A stretch of DNA of 55,773 nt from Elsinoe ampelina (Eukaryota): assembly GCA_010093995.1 (NCBI GenBank), contig ML992522.1, positions 62,001 through 117,773 on the forward strand, given 5' to 3'. Of the stretch, positions 1 to 13,200 are shown one piece after another. The first letter of the stretch is position 1, and the number at the start of each line of letters is the position of its first letter. The notes under the pieces are model-generated. The model did not search any database. It was not told the origin of the DNA and was given only the letters and a program-made list of their open reading frames with translations. Both the position numbers and the translations under genes were made by a program.

Positions 1-2687
1 AGGGTCCTCACACTGACTTAGCGGCGAAGGCTGTAAGTCAAACCCCCTCTTTCTCCAGTCCATCAATCATGCCCAGAAATACTGACAACCTGATCCGCTA
101 GTGCGATCGATGTCGCGTCAAAAAGGTAATCTACTGTAGCACTTGCCATCTGCTTGTCCGCCGCTTGGTCGGGCGTGTTCGTCAACGACTGATCACTTCG
201 AACAGCTCAAGTGCGACCGCGGATCGCCATGTTCTATATGCCGGGAGCGAGACCTGACTTGCACAAAGTCGCCTAGAGTGGCAAGACCAAGGCGTCGACA
301 TCAGCCGGTATCAGCAAGGAAGTCGGTAGTCCCGCTCCTCAGGTCTATCAGGCCAATCTGACAGCTTTACTGACTATCGTGAAGCACGGGTGGGACGACT
401 TCTCCGAGACCACAATGGGAAGCCGCGCATGGCGCCGGTTCGCTTCCAACACCATCAGGTGCGACTACATGTCAGGGTTTCGAGCCAGCAGTGGCTCGTC
501 GCACGTCCTCGTCAGCAGCAAGACCATCCATCTCGGGGTTCACGGGTGCTTGCACCGATGGGGATGAACGAACGTCTCCACGACGGCAAAGCCCCTGGAA
601 TGCCAACCGAACAGTCAATTCCCTGGCCTTCGTAGAAGGCCCAACTTCGTTGAGTGCACATTCTACCATGGCCATGAGCTTCCTAGACAGGGTGGTGGTC
701 AATGACAGGCAACAAGGTCATGACATCGACACCCGATCTTTATTACACGGCCTTGAACAGATGGTCCAGGCGATCAGGATGCACAAAGTTTTGACAGATG
801 AGTTTTCCGATATGACCAGGCAGACACCTTCCAGCGATCGCAGAGGCTCAATGCCGCCCATCGAGGCTTCTGTGGCCGCTATAGGAAAGGCACAAGGTAG
901 GATCTCAATCATCGAAGCCAATTGAATTCAAAGTATATTGATCGAGGCTGAAATATGAATAGCCACCGAAGCTGTCGTCCTGTCATTCATCGAAACCCTT
1001 CTGTCTGGCCGTGGATTATCAGATCTTTGCTTGCGAGTCTACTTTTCTAATGATCATTCCGAAGCAGACTACATCATCTTAAACGCTGCTCTGAGGTGTG
1101 AGTATTCCACCATGGCTATTCCTCACCTGAGACTGCCGGCTGAGGATTATAGTCTTTTTTGACAAATCTATGACCAGCGACGACGATACTGCTGCGACCA
1201 AAATTGCAGGAGAGCATCAAGCGAGGTGTCAAAAGAATCTTGAGATGGCAATTCTCGCTCTGCCGCTACACATCGTGCCAACACACGAGATAGTCTTGGC
1301 TCTTGTTCTTGGGGTTAGTTGACTCAGACATCTGGCTTGGAACGTATAATGGCTGACTGTTTCGAAGGCGGTACATGCAGTTGATGTACTCAAGCCGCAC
1401 TGGGCATGGACGCTTATAACAACGGCATATCAGGCTGCTTTCTCTTTAGGATGCCATCTGCGCAAAGGTCCATCGTCGACCTTCTCGGAAAATGCGAATC
1501 CTGCTGGCCTCCTGTTCTGGGTGATATACTTTATCGAAAAGAACTTGTGTTTGAGGCTCGGACGGCATTCAATCATACCCGACGGGGAGATCACAGTCAC
1601 ATTACCGGGCGGTAGTCCTGGCATGGAATATGCCAGAACGGTCATTCAGCTGGCCGGTGTGGCGGGAAAGATCTACAAACAGTTGTATGGACCCGAGGCG
1701 CAGGAAGCCCTCCAACAACAGCAGCAACTTCCTGTGCAGGAGCTATCTCAAGAGCTACAAGACGTGTCCGCAAGATCTCAGGAAGCTCTGGTGAGTACTC
1801 CGTCATGCATCTCGATACGTCAAAGCCAGATCCATTGCCCCATTTCGTTGATTAATCCATCTGCCATATCGACCGACTGTATGTTTATCCGAGCAGTGTG
1901 CTGACTTTCAGGTAGCGAGTATGGCTTCGATTCAACAAGAGTCCTGGATGGAAGGACACGATTGAGTTCTTATCCTATTCAGATACCGTGCTCCTGCATT
2001 CACTACAAACACTGATTCACCGCACGTCCTCAACCACCAGTGGTGCACCGAGCCGGATGACATCCGACTGTGTGGAGTCCGCCCGACTCGCATTGGCTTG
2101 CCATGCTTCCTCCCCGGTGGTTGTGGCTGGTACGCAATCGGTCTTCTTGTCAGCCTACATGAGCTGGTGAATCTATCTTTCAGCCATCTCTACCAGCAAC
2201 TAATGATCCCACTAGGTTCATCATACTAAGGCCCTTCACTCCATTCCTCGTGCTATTCTGCAATGTTCTGGAGACGGGAGATCAGGACGATCTGGGTCGG
2301 ATGAAACGATTCGTCGACTCGTTAAAAGCACTCGATCCCGACTCGGAAATCGCCAGAAAGCATCAACGTTTGTTCCAAGTCTTCTACGATGTAGCGATGA
2401 ATTATTCCGAACTCAAGTCGCAGACACTGCTGCCCCACGATGGCGGCGCAGATGCTCTATTATGGCACCAGGAAGCCGACGCTTATCTCAACGCCATGGG
2501 CTTGTGGACGACAAGCGAAGGCGGATCGAATCCTGCTCAAGGACTGGACACAAATGCGTCAGGAACGGGCGACGGGCAATCGTGGCAGACTACGGAGCCA
2601 GATCCACATACGGCATACTTGCCGCACTGGTTCCAGGTAAGCCAACAGATGACCGGCCTTGTGGACGACGAGCAATTTCTGTTGTGA
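1..2687 (+). CDS. Zn(II)2Cys6 fungal transcription factor with fungal-specific TF middle domain; multi-exon, start lies upstream of the window
   Basis: Splicing introns 33-101 and 126-205 (GTAAGT/GTAATC donors, CTGAY branch points, AG acceptors) gives AAKA-CDRCRVKK-LKCDRGSPCSICRERDLTC, a complete six-Cys binuclear cluster. Later exons give WVIYFIEKNLCLRLGRHS and PFLVLFCNVLET, typical of the middle homology region. Stop TGA at 2685-2687. Internal exon boundaries were only partly traced. Confidence 0.88.
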
Positions 2688-3085
2688 TTGATGCAGGCAG
2701 CTTTGAGGCGTGGAAGGTGCTTATGGCTCCATTGATCCGATCACGTCACTTGAGGTGGACATTGAATCCACTGTGACAAGACATGGTATCAACGCAAAGC
2801 ACGGATTTTGGGCTTTCCGGGATCATCATCCCCCAAGCACGTCGTTGGCCACGACTTGCTTGACACAGACAACCCTAAACATGCCATTGTTTGCCTTCCC
2901 CTTGATCATGTCGAGCAGCCCCTTGGTTGACTGCACTGCCTGCGCAAGACCTTCAAGTTGCCTGTTGTCCCGCCTCCTTAACCTTCATTTCAAACAGTCA
3001 AACAAACAATTGTCTTGGGCAGCGAGCAGGCAATGTTCAGATAATCGATGATTATTTCGTAAGCTATACATGACCCAGCAAAACG

Positions 3086-5971
3086 CTATGCATCTTCCCC
3101 GTCGCCGTTACCCAGCACATCACCCACCCCCTTGCTTACAGGAATCACATCCCTCGTCCCTGTGGGTGTAGACGGACTACTCTGCGTCTCCAACGGCGTC
3201 TTGATCGGCGTCGTCTGCACCTCCTGACCACCACCCACTGCCCCATCCAAACCTCCGTCCGCGACCTCAATACTCTGCACCACCCCATCTGCCTCATCCC
3301 CTTCCATCCCCGCCGAATCCTCAAACTCATCCCCGCCTTCACCCCCACTCTCCTCCCCCGACCCCAGCAGCAGCGGCGACCCCAAACTCGCCGGCGTAGG
3401 CGGACTCACCCTCCACCCCGGCCGTCCCGCCTTGCCCCTCACAATCCCCCGAGTGTCATCCTCGGCATCACTGACCGGACTCCTCCCCCTCCACCCCCAG
3501 CCCGCCTTGGGCCCCACCCCTGACGCCCCGGGACTGCCCCCGGGACTCCCCCACCCCCCTTGGCCCCTCACGCGTAGCACCGCGTTATCCCACCCCGTCA
3601 CACCCCCCATACCCGTCCCCGCTCCACGACCAAAGATGACCAGCCCGAGACACAGCAGGAGCAACGTGCTCTGCACGCCGACCAGGACCCTCAACCCGCG
3701 CCCTTCCTCCCCGAGCCGCTCCACGCCCGCTTTCAGGTCGCGCATTTCCCTCTCCCACGTCCGCCGTTGGCCTTCGAGTTCGATGACGGTCGACTGCCAC
3801 AGCTCGTCGTACTGTTGGCGGAAATCCAGCAGCTCGGCGCGGACGGTGTCGTTCAGGGAAGAGAGGAAGGAGGAGGTGCGGGAGGACTGGGATTTGGAGT
3901 GCGAGAGGAAGGCGTCCCGGAGGAGGAGCGATTGGTGCTCGATGTATTGCAGGGAGAGGGTGGCGTTGCTTTCCAGGGCGGAGAGGCGTTTGTGGAGGGA
4001 TTTGAAGAAGGATTCTTGCGTTGATGGGGCGGGAGGGGGTGGGGAGGAGGGGGAGCGGCGGGTGGGAGGGGTCGAGGGGGAAGAGGAGGGGGAGGTGGAG
4101 TTGATGGATGATGACGAGGAAGGGTCTGGTTGCTGAGAGGAGACCTGCTTTGATGGAGAGTCGAGTGAAGCAGGCTCGACCATGGGAGTCGGTGTCGTGA
4201 TGCTGACTTTTGTGGAAATGCTCGTGACAGAGGCGGTGTCGCTGGTCAGAGGCGTCGAGTCGGACTGAGTAGAGCTGCTTTGTGCAGCTTGCCTGGTCGG
4301 TGATGCAGCTGCGGGCGAGCAATTCGTCGCTTGTGAAGACGTGTCCATTGACGGCTTCGGTCTGTCCACTGTGGGTCGGCTAGTAACCACCGCAGTAGCA
4401 TTGATGTAGTGCTGTAGTCCTACTTCCTTGACAACGGGGGTTGTGTGGTTGTTTGACTTGCCTGAGATGCCAGAAACTGTTCCTGTTGTTGTCTGCGCTT
4501 CTGATGTTGGGGACGATGAAGTGGTCGATTGCTCTGCCATGCTTGTCGCAGTCTGTGATTCAGTACTGACACTAACAGACTGGTCGATCGGAGTCTCTGC
4601 TGCGGATTTGTCCGCTGCGACAGAGGCCTCTGTCGGTTCTTGAGGCAGAGCAGGCGATGCAGTCCCTGCGCCTGACTCCGCTTCTAGTTCGGGTACTTCT
4701 TCGGGATATTCTCCTCGTGCAATCTCATCCTGATGTCGGAACTCCTCGATCATAGTCGTTCCGTGTACTCTCAACAGACTTATTGGGCAGTAGTACTCGT
4801 TCCCGTAATGACTCAATATCTCGATCCTCAGATATCTCGCCCAGATGAGAGACTGCTCGACTAGGAAAGGCTGCACTTCTCTCGTGTTCCGAGCTTCGTA
4901 CACGCCCAGCTCTCGCCATTTGTCAGGTTTTGCAGGATATCGGTCCGAAACGCTGATGCGGAATGTCCTGAAGATGGAGGAGAAGAACTCATAATTTGCC
5001 AGTACTACCGTGTCTATCAAGATGTCATCGCACAGCTCTACGATGAAGAATTTGTTTTTGACGCTGCAGATGTTGAGCATGTAACTGTCTTTGTTTTCGA
5101 CCAATACCGAAGAAGCAGACTTGCACTCGCGATTCGTCTTCATGATGGTGGCAGCACAGTCGAATGACGCGTAGTTTGTGCGTTCTTTACAAGTCCGACC
5201 AGCGTCCTTGCTACGGATGCTCTGTTCGGGCGTCGGCTTGTCTGATGTGCGGTCTCGGTCTTCGCCTCCTCCATTCTTGGTCTGGCCGATTGGGGCTTGA
5301 TGTGGGCTGTTGGTAGCATCTCCGAAGCCGCCAAAGTCCAGGTCGATTTCGGTGTCCTCTCCTAGCACATCCAAGGCATTGCTTGCGCCGGGTCGTGGTC
5401 GCTTGGGTATATCCTCAGCAGACCTGTGTTGTCCCACATGCTCGGGCGATTGTCCGACTTTTGCAAGATTCTTTTTCTTCCACTCCTCGAACGAAAGAAA
5501 GTTGGCGGTATCCAGAGGAATCTCTTCAGCTTCTACAGTCGGCGAAGGAGTCGGTGTCGTAAGCGTGGTCGTGCTACCTGTGACCTCGGACGTGCTTACT
5601 GGCACAGATTCGCTGCTCGTGCTTTTCTCCGAGACGGCGGATGTCGACTGCGCTGTATCCGAGGATGATGCATGTTGCCTCTCTGGTGAAGCCTCGGAGA
5701 TGTGCTGTTCTTTCGGCGCACCCACAACAGTGGCCGTCTCTTTATCAGACGTCTGGACCGAGCCGGTGGTCGCAGGTTGCGAAGTCGCTGTCCGACTCGA
5801 AACTACACATTGCTGCGGTAGTCTGTCGGTGATATAGTTGACACTGCCTGATTGACAGGTCGGGACGTTGCTTGTCACGCCGCTGCTATGGCCTGCCGCC
5901 GTGGTCGAGGCAGCATGTGAAAGGATGAGCTCAGCGGAGATAAGACCGAGGAGGGGTAAAGAAGGTCGCAT
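3086..5971 (-). CDS. SLP1: Mid-SUN (Sad1/UNC-like) domain ER membrane protein, Slp1/SUCO family
   Basis: 961 aa ORF with an N-terminal signal peptide, FLSFEEWK motif, SUN domain (RTNYASFDCAATI...NKDSYMLN...ELCDDILIDTVVLANYEFFSS...YCPISLLRVHG), an S/T-rich linker, a coiled coil (QESFFKSLHKRLSALESNATLSLQYIE) and a C-terminal TM helix. Confidence 0.9.
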   Translation of the reverse strand: MRPSLPLLGLISAELILSHAASTTAAGHSSGVTSNVPTCQSGSVNYITDRLPQQCVVSSRTATSQPATTGSVQTSDKETATVVGAPKEQHISEASPERQHASSSDTAQSTSAVSEKSTSSESVPVSTSEVTGSTTTLTTPTPSPTVEAEEIPLDTANFLSFEEWKKKNLAKVGQSPEHVGQHRSAEDIPKRPRPGASNALDVLGEDTEIDLDFGGFGDATNSPHQAPIGQTKNGGGEDRDRTSDKPTPEQSIRSKDAGRTCKERTNYASFDCAATIMKTNRECKSASSVLVENKDSYMLNICSVKNKFFIVELCDDILIDTVVLANYEFFSSIFRTFRISVSDRYPAKPDKWRELGVYEARNTREVQPFLVEQSLIWARYLRIEILSHYGNEYYCPISLLRVHGTTMIEEFRHQDEIARGEYPEEVPELEAESGAGTASPALPQEPTEASVAADKSAAETPIDQSVSVSTESQTATSMAEQSTTSSSPTSEAQTTTGTVSGISGKSNNHTTPVVKEVGLQHYINATAVVTSRPTVDRPKPSMDTSSQATNCSPAAASPTRQAAQSSSTQSDSTPLTSDTASVTSISTKVSITTPTPMVEPASLDSPSKQVSSQQPDPSSSSSINSTSPSSSPSTPPTRRSPSSPPPPAPSTQESFFKSLHKRLSALESNATLSLQYIEHQSLLLRDAFLSHSKSQSSRTSSFLSSLNDTVRAELLDFRQQYDELWQSTVIELEGQRRTWEREMRDLKAGVERLGEEGRGLRVLVGVQSTLLLLCLGLVIFGRGAGTGMGGVTGWDNAVLRVRGQGGWGSPGGSPGASGVGPKAGWGWRGRSPVSDAEDDTRGIVRGKAGRPGWRVSPPTPASLGSPLLLGSGEESGGEGGDEFEDSAGMEGDEADGVVQSIEVADGGLDGAVGGGQEVQTTPIKTPLETQSSPSTPTGTRDVIPVSKGVGDVLGNGDGEDA

Positions 5972-6664
5972 TGCGGCATCGCATGTCGAGTCGCCGCTGG
6001 ACGTGTCGCTGTGTGATCACGTCCTCAGTCCTGGAACCATGCGGCCGTGAATTGAGAGTGTGCTGGCATGATCAAGAGCCCTCAAAGAAATCCGGACTAG
6101 GTGCGAGGGCAGCGATTTTTTTTGTCAGGCTAGGGACAAAGCCAGGTGGTCAAACTAAAGAGCCTCCGTAAGTTATCTGTGCCCTGAAATATCCATGTCC
6201 AACGCCGAGGACGTCATCCTACTCCACTGTCTCATGAGACTCTCGTCCCACCTCCACCGCCTCGGTATCGTTCCCACGTCTTCAGAGAGCGGGGATGAAG
6301 TCTTGCCATGATCAGAGGTCGTGAAACATGCCACTGGGGAGATCGGCTACGCATGTCACACAAGATTGAAGGGGAAAAGGGAAAATATTTGTATTCTGAA
6401 GCTGGTATAATAGTCCTGTTTTGCCTGGCACGCAGTGGCAATGGTGGTATCATTCGTTCAGATCGTCATCTGTCCTTTGCTCTTTGCTCCTCTGCCCTAA
6501 TGCTGTCAAACGCCACGCATGCCATCGCTGAATCTTGCCCTTGGATGCAGAAATATGTCGGGATGTCAAGGACGAAAGTACTTCAAGGAGAAGGCGCAGC
6601 GCACGAAATTATGGTCTAGTGTCTTTTGGTCGTATCACTCGGACTATTGTCCGAGCTGTCATTG

Positions 6665-8279
6665 TTATAAGCCTTCCTGCCCGGCCTTGCAGACTTTGAT
6701 GCCCTTGCCCCATTCCGAGTTGAGGACCTGGTGGGCACTGATTCTCCGTCCAGCATTGGGATCGAGAATTGAGTAGATGACATTTCGACAACGTGCCTGC
6801 AATGGTCAGCAACGAGTACGCTCCACGTGGGCCTTGATGAAAACTTACCCTGTGTAGAGATTCAATGGGAGCGTAACCCTCCTCGCTCTTCCTTCCCTGA
6901 ACATATGCAGCGTAGTACTCGTCCTCATCCTTTTTGGCCACACGCCACAAGTGCCTACCGGTTCGCATGGCCATGTAGATGACACCACATGCCCAGACAT
7001 CGACGGCGCGGGGGTCGAATTCCTTGTCGGTATACTCTTCAGGTGCAATATAAGGAGCACTGCCACAGAGACCTGCCGTCATATGTGCCTCGGTCTCCCA
7101 AGCCATGCGGAAGCATTCGCCGTTGCCAAAATCGGTGATTTTGAGCGCTCCATGAGTGGTCAGGAGCAGATTCTCGGGCTTCAGATCGCGGTGAGCGACA
7201 CCCATTTCGTGGATGTACTCAACGCCGCGCATCATCTGCAAGAAGTAGCAATCGGCTTCTGCCACTTCGAGCTTTTGTGCAGCCAGGACCAGGGAGTACA
7301 GGTCACCACCAGCGCAGAATTCCATGACTTCGCAAAAGTCACCCTTCGCATCGGCGAGAAGATCGAGGGTGTGAATGACATTCGGATGGCGCAGAGAAGA
7401 AGATATGCAGAACTCGGCATTAAGTCGTTTGGCGTACTTCTTCTGGTCTTCTTGAGGACGACGGCGGAATTCCTTGACAGCATAGAGCTGTTCGTGTTTC
7501 GAGTCGTTAGGGTCCTGCTTGTGTGCGATCCTTACGATGCCAAAGGCACCGCGTCCGACAATCTCCTGGCATTTGCCATACTTTTGTACCAGAGTTGCAG
7601 TTGCGTTCGGGCCGTCCTTCTTTTCATGCGCGACTCGGGTCCTCTCGTTCTTCAGCTGATCGACCCAATTTGCCATGAGTGACAAAGGTTGTTCCTCGTG
7701 GTGTTCCCGCTTTTTCCCGCCCATCCAGTCGCGCAACATATCGCTGAGCTTTTCCTGCCGTCTGGCGCTCTTCAAGAAGTGATGATGCTCACCGGCGTCG
7801 TCGACCCAAAATCTGCGAGGAGGCTGATTTGACACGCTGTCTGATCTGTCTTTTCCAGCGCTGCTGCCTGAGCGTTCCATCTTGTTGCGCTCACTTTTCG
7901 AATTGTCCCTCCTCATGGAAGATTGTCTCGACCCCAACTTGGGTCGTTGTGCAGGATTGCCATTTGTTTCGTCCGAGGACTCGATGGTAGCGTCTGGAAC
8001 AGCGACCTCCCTCTTGGGATCTCGATGTCCCTCGTTCGAGTCCTTGGCAGAGAACATACGGCTCAGTCGGGAGGTGAAGGTGGGTTTCTTGGGGTGGCCT
8101 GTAACAGGGGTTGGTTTGTGGTCGCCATTGGTGTGACCATGATCGGCGCCGGCCGTAGCAGGTGGTAAAGAGATGTCTTCTTTTTGGAGGTCTTCAGAGA
8201 CTGTCGAGACGGTCGGGGCGGGTGAAGGTTGAGGTTGTGAAGGTGTACTTGGCGCGTCACTGGCTGGAGCGGCGGCCAT
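6665..8279 (-). CDS. SAT4: HAL-family Ser/Thr protein kinase (Sat4/Hal4-like, ion homeostasis)
   Basis: Motifs GRGAFG, AVKEF, EFCISSSLRHPNVI, HRDLKPEN, DFG, GLCGSAPYIAPEE. Intron 6797-6848 (GTAAGT..CTGAC..CAG) restores the C-terminus ARCRNVIYSILDP...KAGQEGL* (stop 6665-6667). The ORF-track end at 6609 reads through this intron. Confidence 0.9.
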
Positions 8280-10265
8280 TCTCGGAAAGTGGGATGTCGT
8301 GTTCGCTATGAGATGATTGACCGCGTGAAAATATTATTGGTAGCGGCGCCGCCAGAAGACGAACGCCCAAGGGCGCAAAACGCGCAGAAAGGGCGAAAAG
8401 GGCGAGTGTGAATGTGGGAAGAAGAAAGAGAGAGACGAAAAGGAAGTCGAGTGGGATGTGAGGTGAGCAGAAGCAGGGCTTCACCACTTGCAGCCAGCCA
8501 GCGTGCAACCTCTGGACCTGCAATGAGGGGGTTGAGCAGAGCGGGCCAGACAAATTGAACCACAGCAGACGTGTTTGGGCTCCTGACAGGCGGACGGGCA
8601 CTGACAGACGGCGGTTGCAGGCTCACAGGCGGGTCTTGGTTGAGACAAGCCCTTTCCAGCGCAGAAAAGCGGTCGAAGATGCTGACAAACTGAGAATCCG
8701 TTTCGATGCCAGACTTTTCGTGACGTCGTGGCTGTGTAAAAAAAGGCCCCAGAGAGTGGGACAGTATGTAGCTCCAGCACCAGCAGATGGATCTCGGCTG
8801 GATATACAGATCTGGCTAAGAGAATAGTCGTAAGCACACGGCTGGGAAGGTGATGCTGGGTGTGCAGCAGGCAGAGATCCAGGAGATGGTCATGGGCGAG
8901 GTCTTCCCCTCTTCTCTGAATGATGCCACATTCTCTGTATGAGGTTACTCCACTCATGACCTGCCGATTTGCCCTCGACCGCAAAGCACATTGCACATCG
9001 CACATCGTATGAGGCATTTATTTTACTAGTACGCCAGGAATACTACAGTACGCCTCGCCTCCACCTTGTCCCAATCCGACCAAGCTCAACCTCACTTTCT
9101 GCCCTTTTTTTTTCTCGTCTGATCGTGCGTGTCTGTGTCCGGAATTCCTTTTGTTCCGTCCGGCAATTGGGGCATGCAACTACTTCCGGGCGCACTTGAA
9201 AGCATCACAGTCGCGAATTACCCAAGGGCTACACGAGCAGCCAGCGTCCCGGAGATGAAGACGTGATCAAAGGAGAGGACATATGCATACAAGACGGCTC
9301 AGGGAGAGGTCGCGTTGTCCGCTGTATGTCTTGGTATGTTTGTGCTTCACCGCTGTCCAAGTCACTTGTATGCTTGGTATGTTTGTGGGCCTCGGCACAA
9401 ACGAGGCTCGTGCTCCGGCGGTGCTGATGAGAATCGTCAAGAGAGAATCATCAAGAGATGCAGACATGGGCGCAGGGTCTCCCTGGGCTCAAAGTCCCTG
9501 AATCGTGCATACGTGGAAATGCTTTGCGCAGGACGGTAGTCTTCTACCGAAGAAGGTCATGTATCACATCGTTCTCGTGGCTGACCGACTATTGTGCATC
9601 GCAATCGAAAAAGAGCTGCATCCGGGCATGCTCGTTGCCATGAAAGGGCAGTTCTTTGCGGACGAATGAACGGCTCCCGGCGAGCGACAAAAAGCTTGTC
9701 TGCTCTGCTAAATTCCCTCCCCGGCAGATCTGCAACTTTGGTTGTTTGCCTTTCGACCTCTATCAAGAAAAAAGTCAATTCCCTCGTCTCGACACGGTTG
9801 CATTTCAGGTGCTTTACTTCCAGGACATGCAGCATCGAGGCATATTTCATGTTCATGCACAGTCATGCATGGCATTCCGCGTGCGGACAGTGGGGATGAA
9901 ATCTTGGCAATGGTCGACCGTTCCTTTGTCCCTGTTGCTCGCCGAGAATCCTACCGTTAGGTAGAGACAACGTCTGGCTAGACCCTCTGGTCCTGCGACC
10001 ATGCCGTCTATACTGTCACGGATCTCCAAACGGTTGGTCCAATTGCAGTTGTCTTGCAGATACGCCACGCGGTGAACTGCAGCATCTTCCGTCTATCGAG
10101 GCACGCACTCTCCTCTATCTCTGTCGCCTTCACCATGCCCTTCACAATACCGCCGTGCTACTCACTTCTCATCTAGGTGTATCCACGCAGCCATAGTCTA
10201 CAGGGTGACAAAAGGACCATAAGTTGGCTTAGATGCCTTAGATACACCAGACCGACGATCACAGC

Positions 10266-13200
10266 ATGGACACCGTCAATCTCAAAACCCTACTCGATGC
10301 AGACCCGAGACCGTCCTTTGTCATCGACATCCGCGAGCCTCCCACCAACTTGGCTCACTTACGGCCCGTCTTCGTCAACAAAAGCCTCAGATCGCGACAA
10401 GACATTTTCAGGACGCTGACCGACGACGAAGCTGAGGGAGCTAGACTTAGGAGGTGGGCAAACACTGTAAAACCACCGAGTCCTCTGGACCAGCAGGAAG
10501 ACCATATACACCTTGGTCCGGGGAACACGCTGTGGTTCGGCTACATCGTCGAGGAAAGATGGAAGGTAGTACAGACTTTCCAGACCAAGTCACTAACGAT
10601 ACCCTTTGATATCGTCACGCCACCTGCGGAGAAGAATATTCAGGAGTTGGAGAACAAGGACATGGTACCGAGCGTCACGCCAGCTACCAGGTCCGGTCTA
10701 TTCAGAGCCGCTTTTGATCTCAGTGATGAAGCGGTCGACACATTCGAGGGCCTCTCCGAGCACCTAAATATCATGATCAGCTTCGATTGGTCTTCGACTT
10801 GCCTCGGACCTGTCGAAAGCTGGCCTGCAGACTTGCTTCAATTGGTACACGTCATGCTACTCGATCCAGCACCGCAATGTCTGTTCATGGGCCATGACCA
10901 CATTCTGATATACAATGTAGCCTATGCGCAATTTTCCGGCCACAGACATCCTTCCATCATGGGTCAAGGGATCTTCAAGGCTTGGAGCGAGGCCATAGAG
11001 CTCAACATCGACATCTTCAGCTTCATTGACAGCACCGGTCGTCCATACATCATGAACGACTTCAACATGTCAATTGACAGGCACGGCTTCCTCGAAGATA
11101 TCTACTTGAGATGGACCACCATCTCATTGAAAGGCCCTTTGAGAGGTTACCTATGTGCAGCGGCTGATGAGACCACGCTCAAGGTGACTGCTCGACGGAA
11201 AGCCATGTTGACAAAGGTCTCGGCCTCGTGCAGAGGTATTCGTGACATGACCTCTTTCTGGAATACCGTCCTGGAAACTTTGGGCACAAATGGCAAGGAC
11301 TTTCCTTTCGCATTTGTATATTCCAAGTTACAACAAGTCGACAGTATCTACAACCTCGAAGGTATCTTAGACTCTAATCAGCCATCGGACTTGCTCCCAG
11401 CTACCATCGATCTAAGCTCCTGTACCGAATGCTTCGTGCCCGTGCTGAAAGAAGCCGAACAGACGTTCAGTCCAATACCTATCCGGGAGACCGACGGTAC
11501 CCTGCCTGAGTGCATCGTCCAACTTTCGACGACACGTGGCTGCGGTGATAGGTGCGCCGAAGGTATCGTCTGCCCAATACGACGCGCGAGCGACAATCGA
11601 ATTCTCGGCCTGCTCGTAGTAGGCTTGAACACTCGCAAAACATTTACCCCCGACGACCGAGGTTTCCTACAATTCCTTATGAGGTCACTCGGTGATCTTG
11701 CCACAAACACCATAAATGCGCAGGAAACGGATCGCCTGGCCCAACAAGCAGCGACTCAGCAGCAAACCCTGATCAAGGCCCTCGCCACCACGACCAACGA
11801 GGCCAATCAGATTTCTGTCAAATGGCAACGTCTCGTCAAGACCATGGAAATGGTTGATGTCGGCTTCTACGAATTTGATCTAGAGCACAATTTGGTACAG
11901 GCAAATGAAGCATTCTTTACCATGTCGGGATACCCTAGAGACAAACTCAACACGGACCGGGCACAAATCATCCACCCAGATGATGTCAAAGTCTGCGACG
12001 AGCTCTGGGAGCGGGCAATAGCTGGGGAGCACGCCAGCGCCGAGATGCGCTACAAGTTCCACAAAGGCAATACTCCGGCCGATCGAGATGGTCTTGATGG
12101 CTTCTGGGTGACAGTCGCCATTGTCCCCGTCACGGACCCAAAGACCGGCGAGATCATCAGTATTTCTGGCTGCGTTACGGACATTATGCCTCAGAAGAGA
12201 CGTCAAAATGATGCCATCAATCGAGCGCAATCTGCCGAGAGACTGCGAGCGAGTGAGGAGCGCTTCCACCGATTTGCTTCACACGCCCTCTGTCCCATCA
12301 TGATTTACGACTCCAATAGAAAGGTAAACGATACTGGAAATCCAACCAGAGCGAATGCTGACCTTGATTGCTTAGCTTCAATTTTGCAACGACGCATATT
12401 ACGATCTGATGGGTTTCCCACCGGGAGATTCAAGGATCTGGGAAGCCGATTGGGCCACCCTCATCGTGGACGAGGACTTGCCCGAAGTCATGGAGAAATG
12501 GCTCGAGACAATTCGAACAAAGAAGGCTCTGCAACTGACGTGTCGACTGACCAAACCTTGGACGGCCCCGGATGGTACCAAGGGTCCTACGTGGATTGTG
12601 GCAGCCTCCTATCCTGAGATCAACGGAGATGGCGAGATCACCGGCTGGGTTGGGATTGCATTTGATATCTCCCAAACCAAGTGGGCAGAGACCGTACAGC
12701 AAAAACGCCTCGAGGAAGCTGTCGAAGCCAAACGACAGCAGGAGAACTTCATCGACATGACATCTCATGAAATTCGCAATCCCCTAGGAGCTGTCGTTCA
12801 TTGCGCAGACTCGATTCTCGCCTCCCTTATGGATATGGAAGGACTGATCAAAGATACTACCACACCTCTCAGCCAAAGGGCTCGGAAACAGCTGACCGAC
12901 ATTTTCGATTCGTCCTTCGACGCGGTCAACACCATCATTTCTTGCTCAACACATCAACGCCGCATCGTGGACGACGTGCTCACCTGGTCCAAGCTCAATT
13001 CTAACCTGCTCAAGATAACTCCCTCGTTAGTTCGCTCGTCAGCCATCCTTCAAGACATCCGCAATATGTTCGAACTAGACGCTGCCAAAGTCGGAGTGGA
13101 CTTGGTCGTTCAACAGGCAGTCGACGGTCTTGACATCCTTTCCGCAGAGTGGGTAATGCTGGATCCTGGCCGCCTGATGCAAATTCTGATCAATCTGGTG

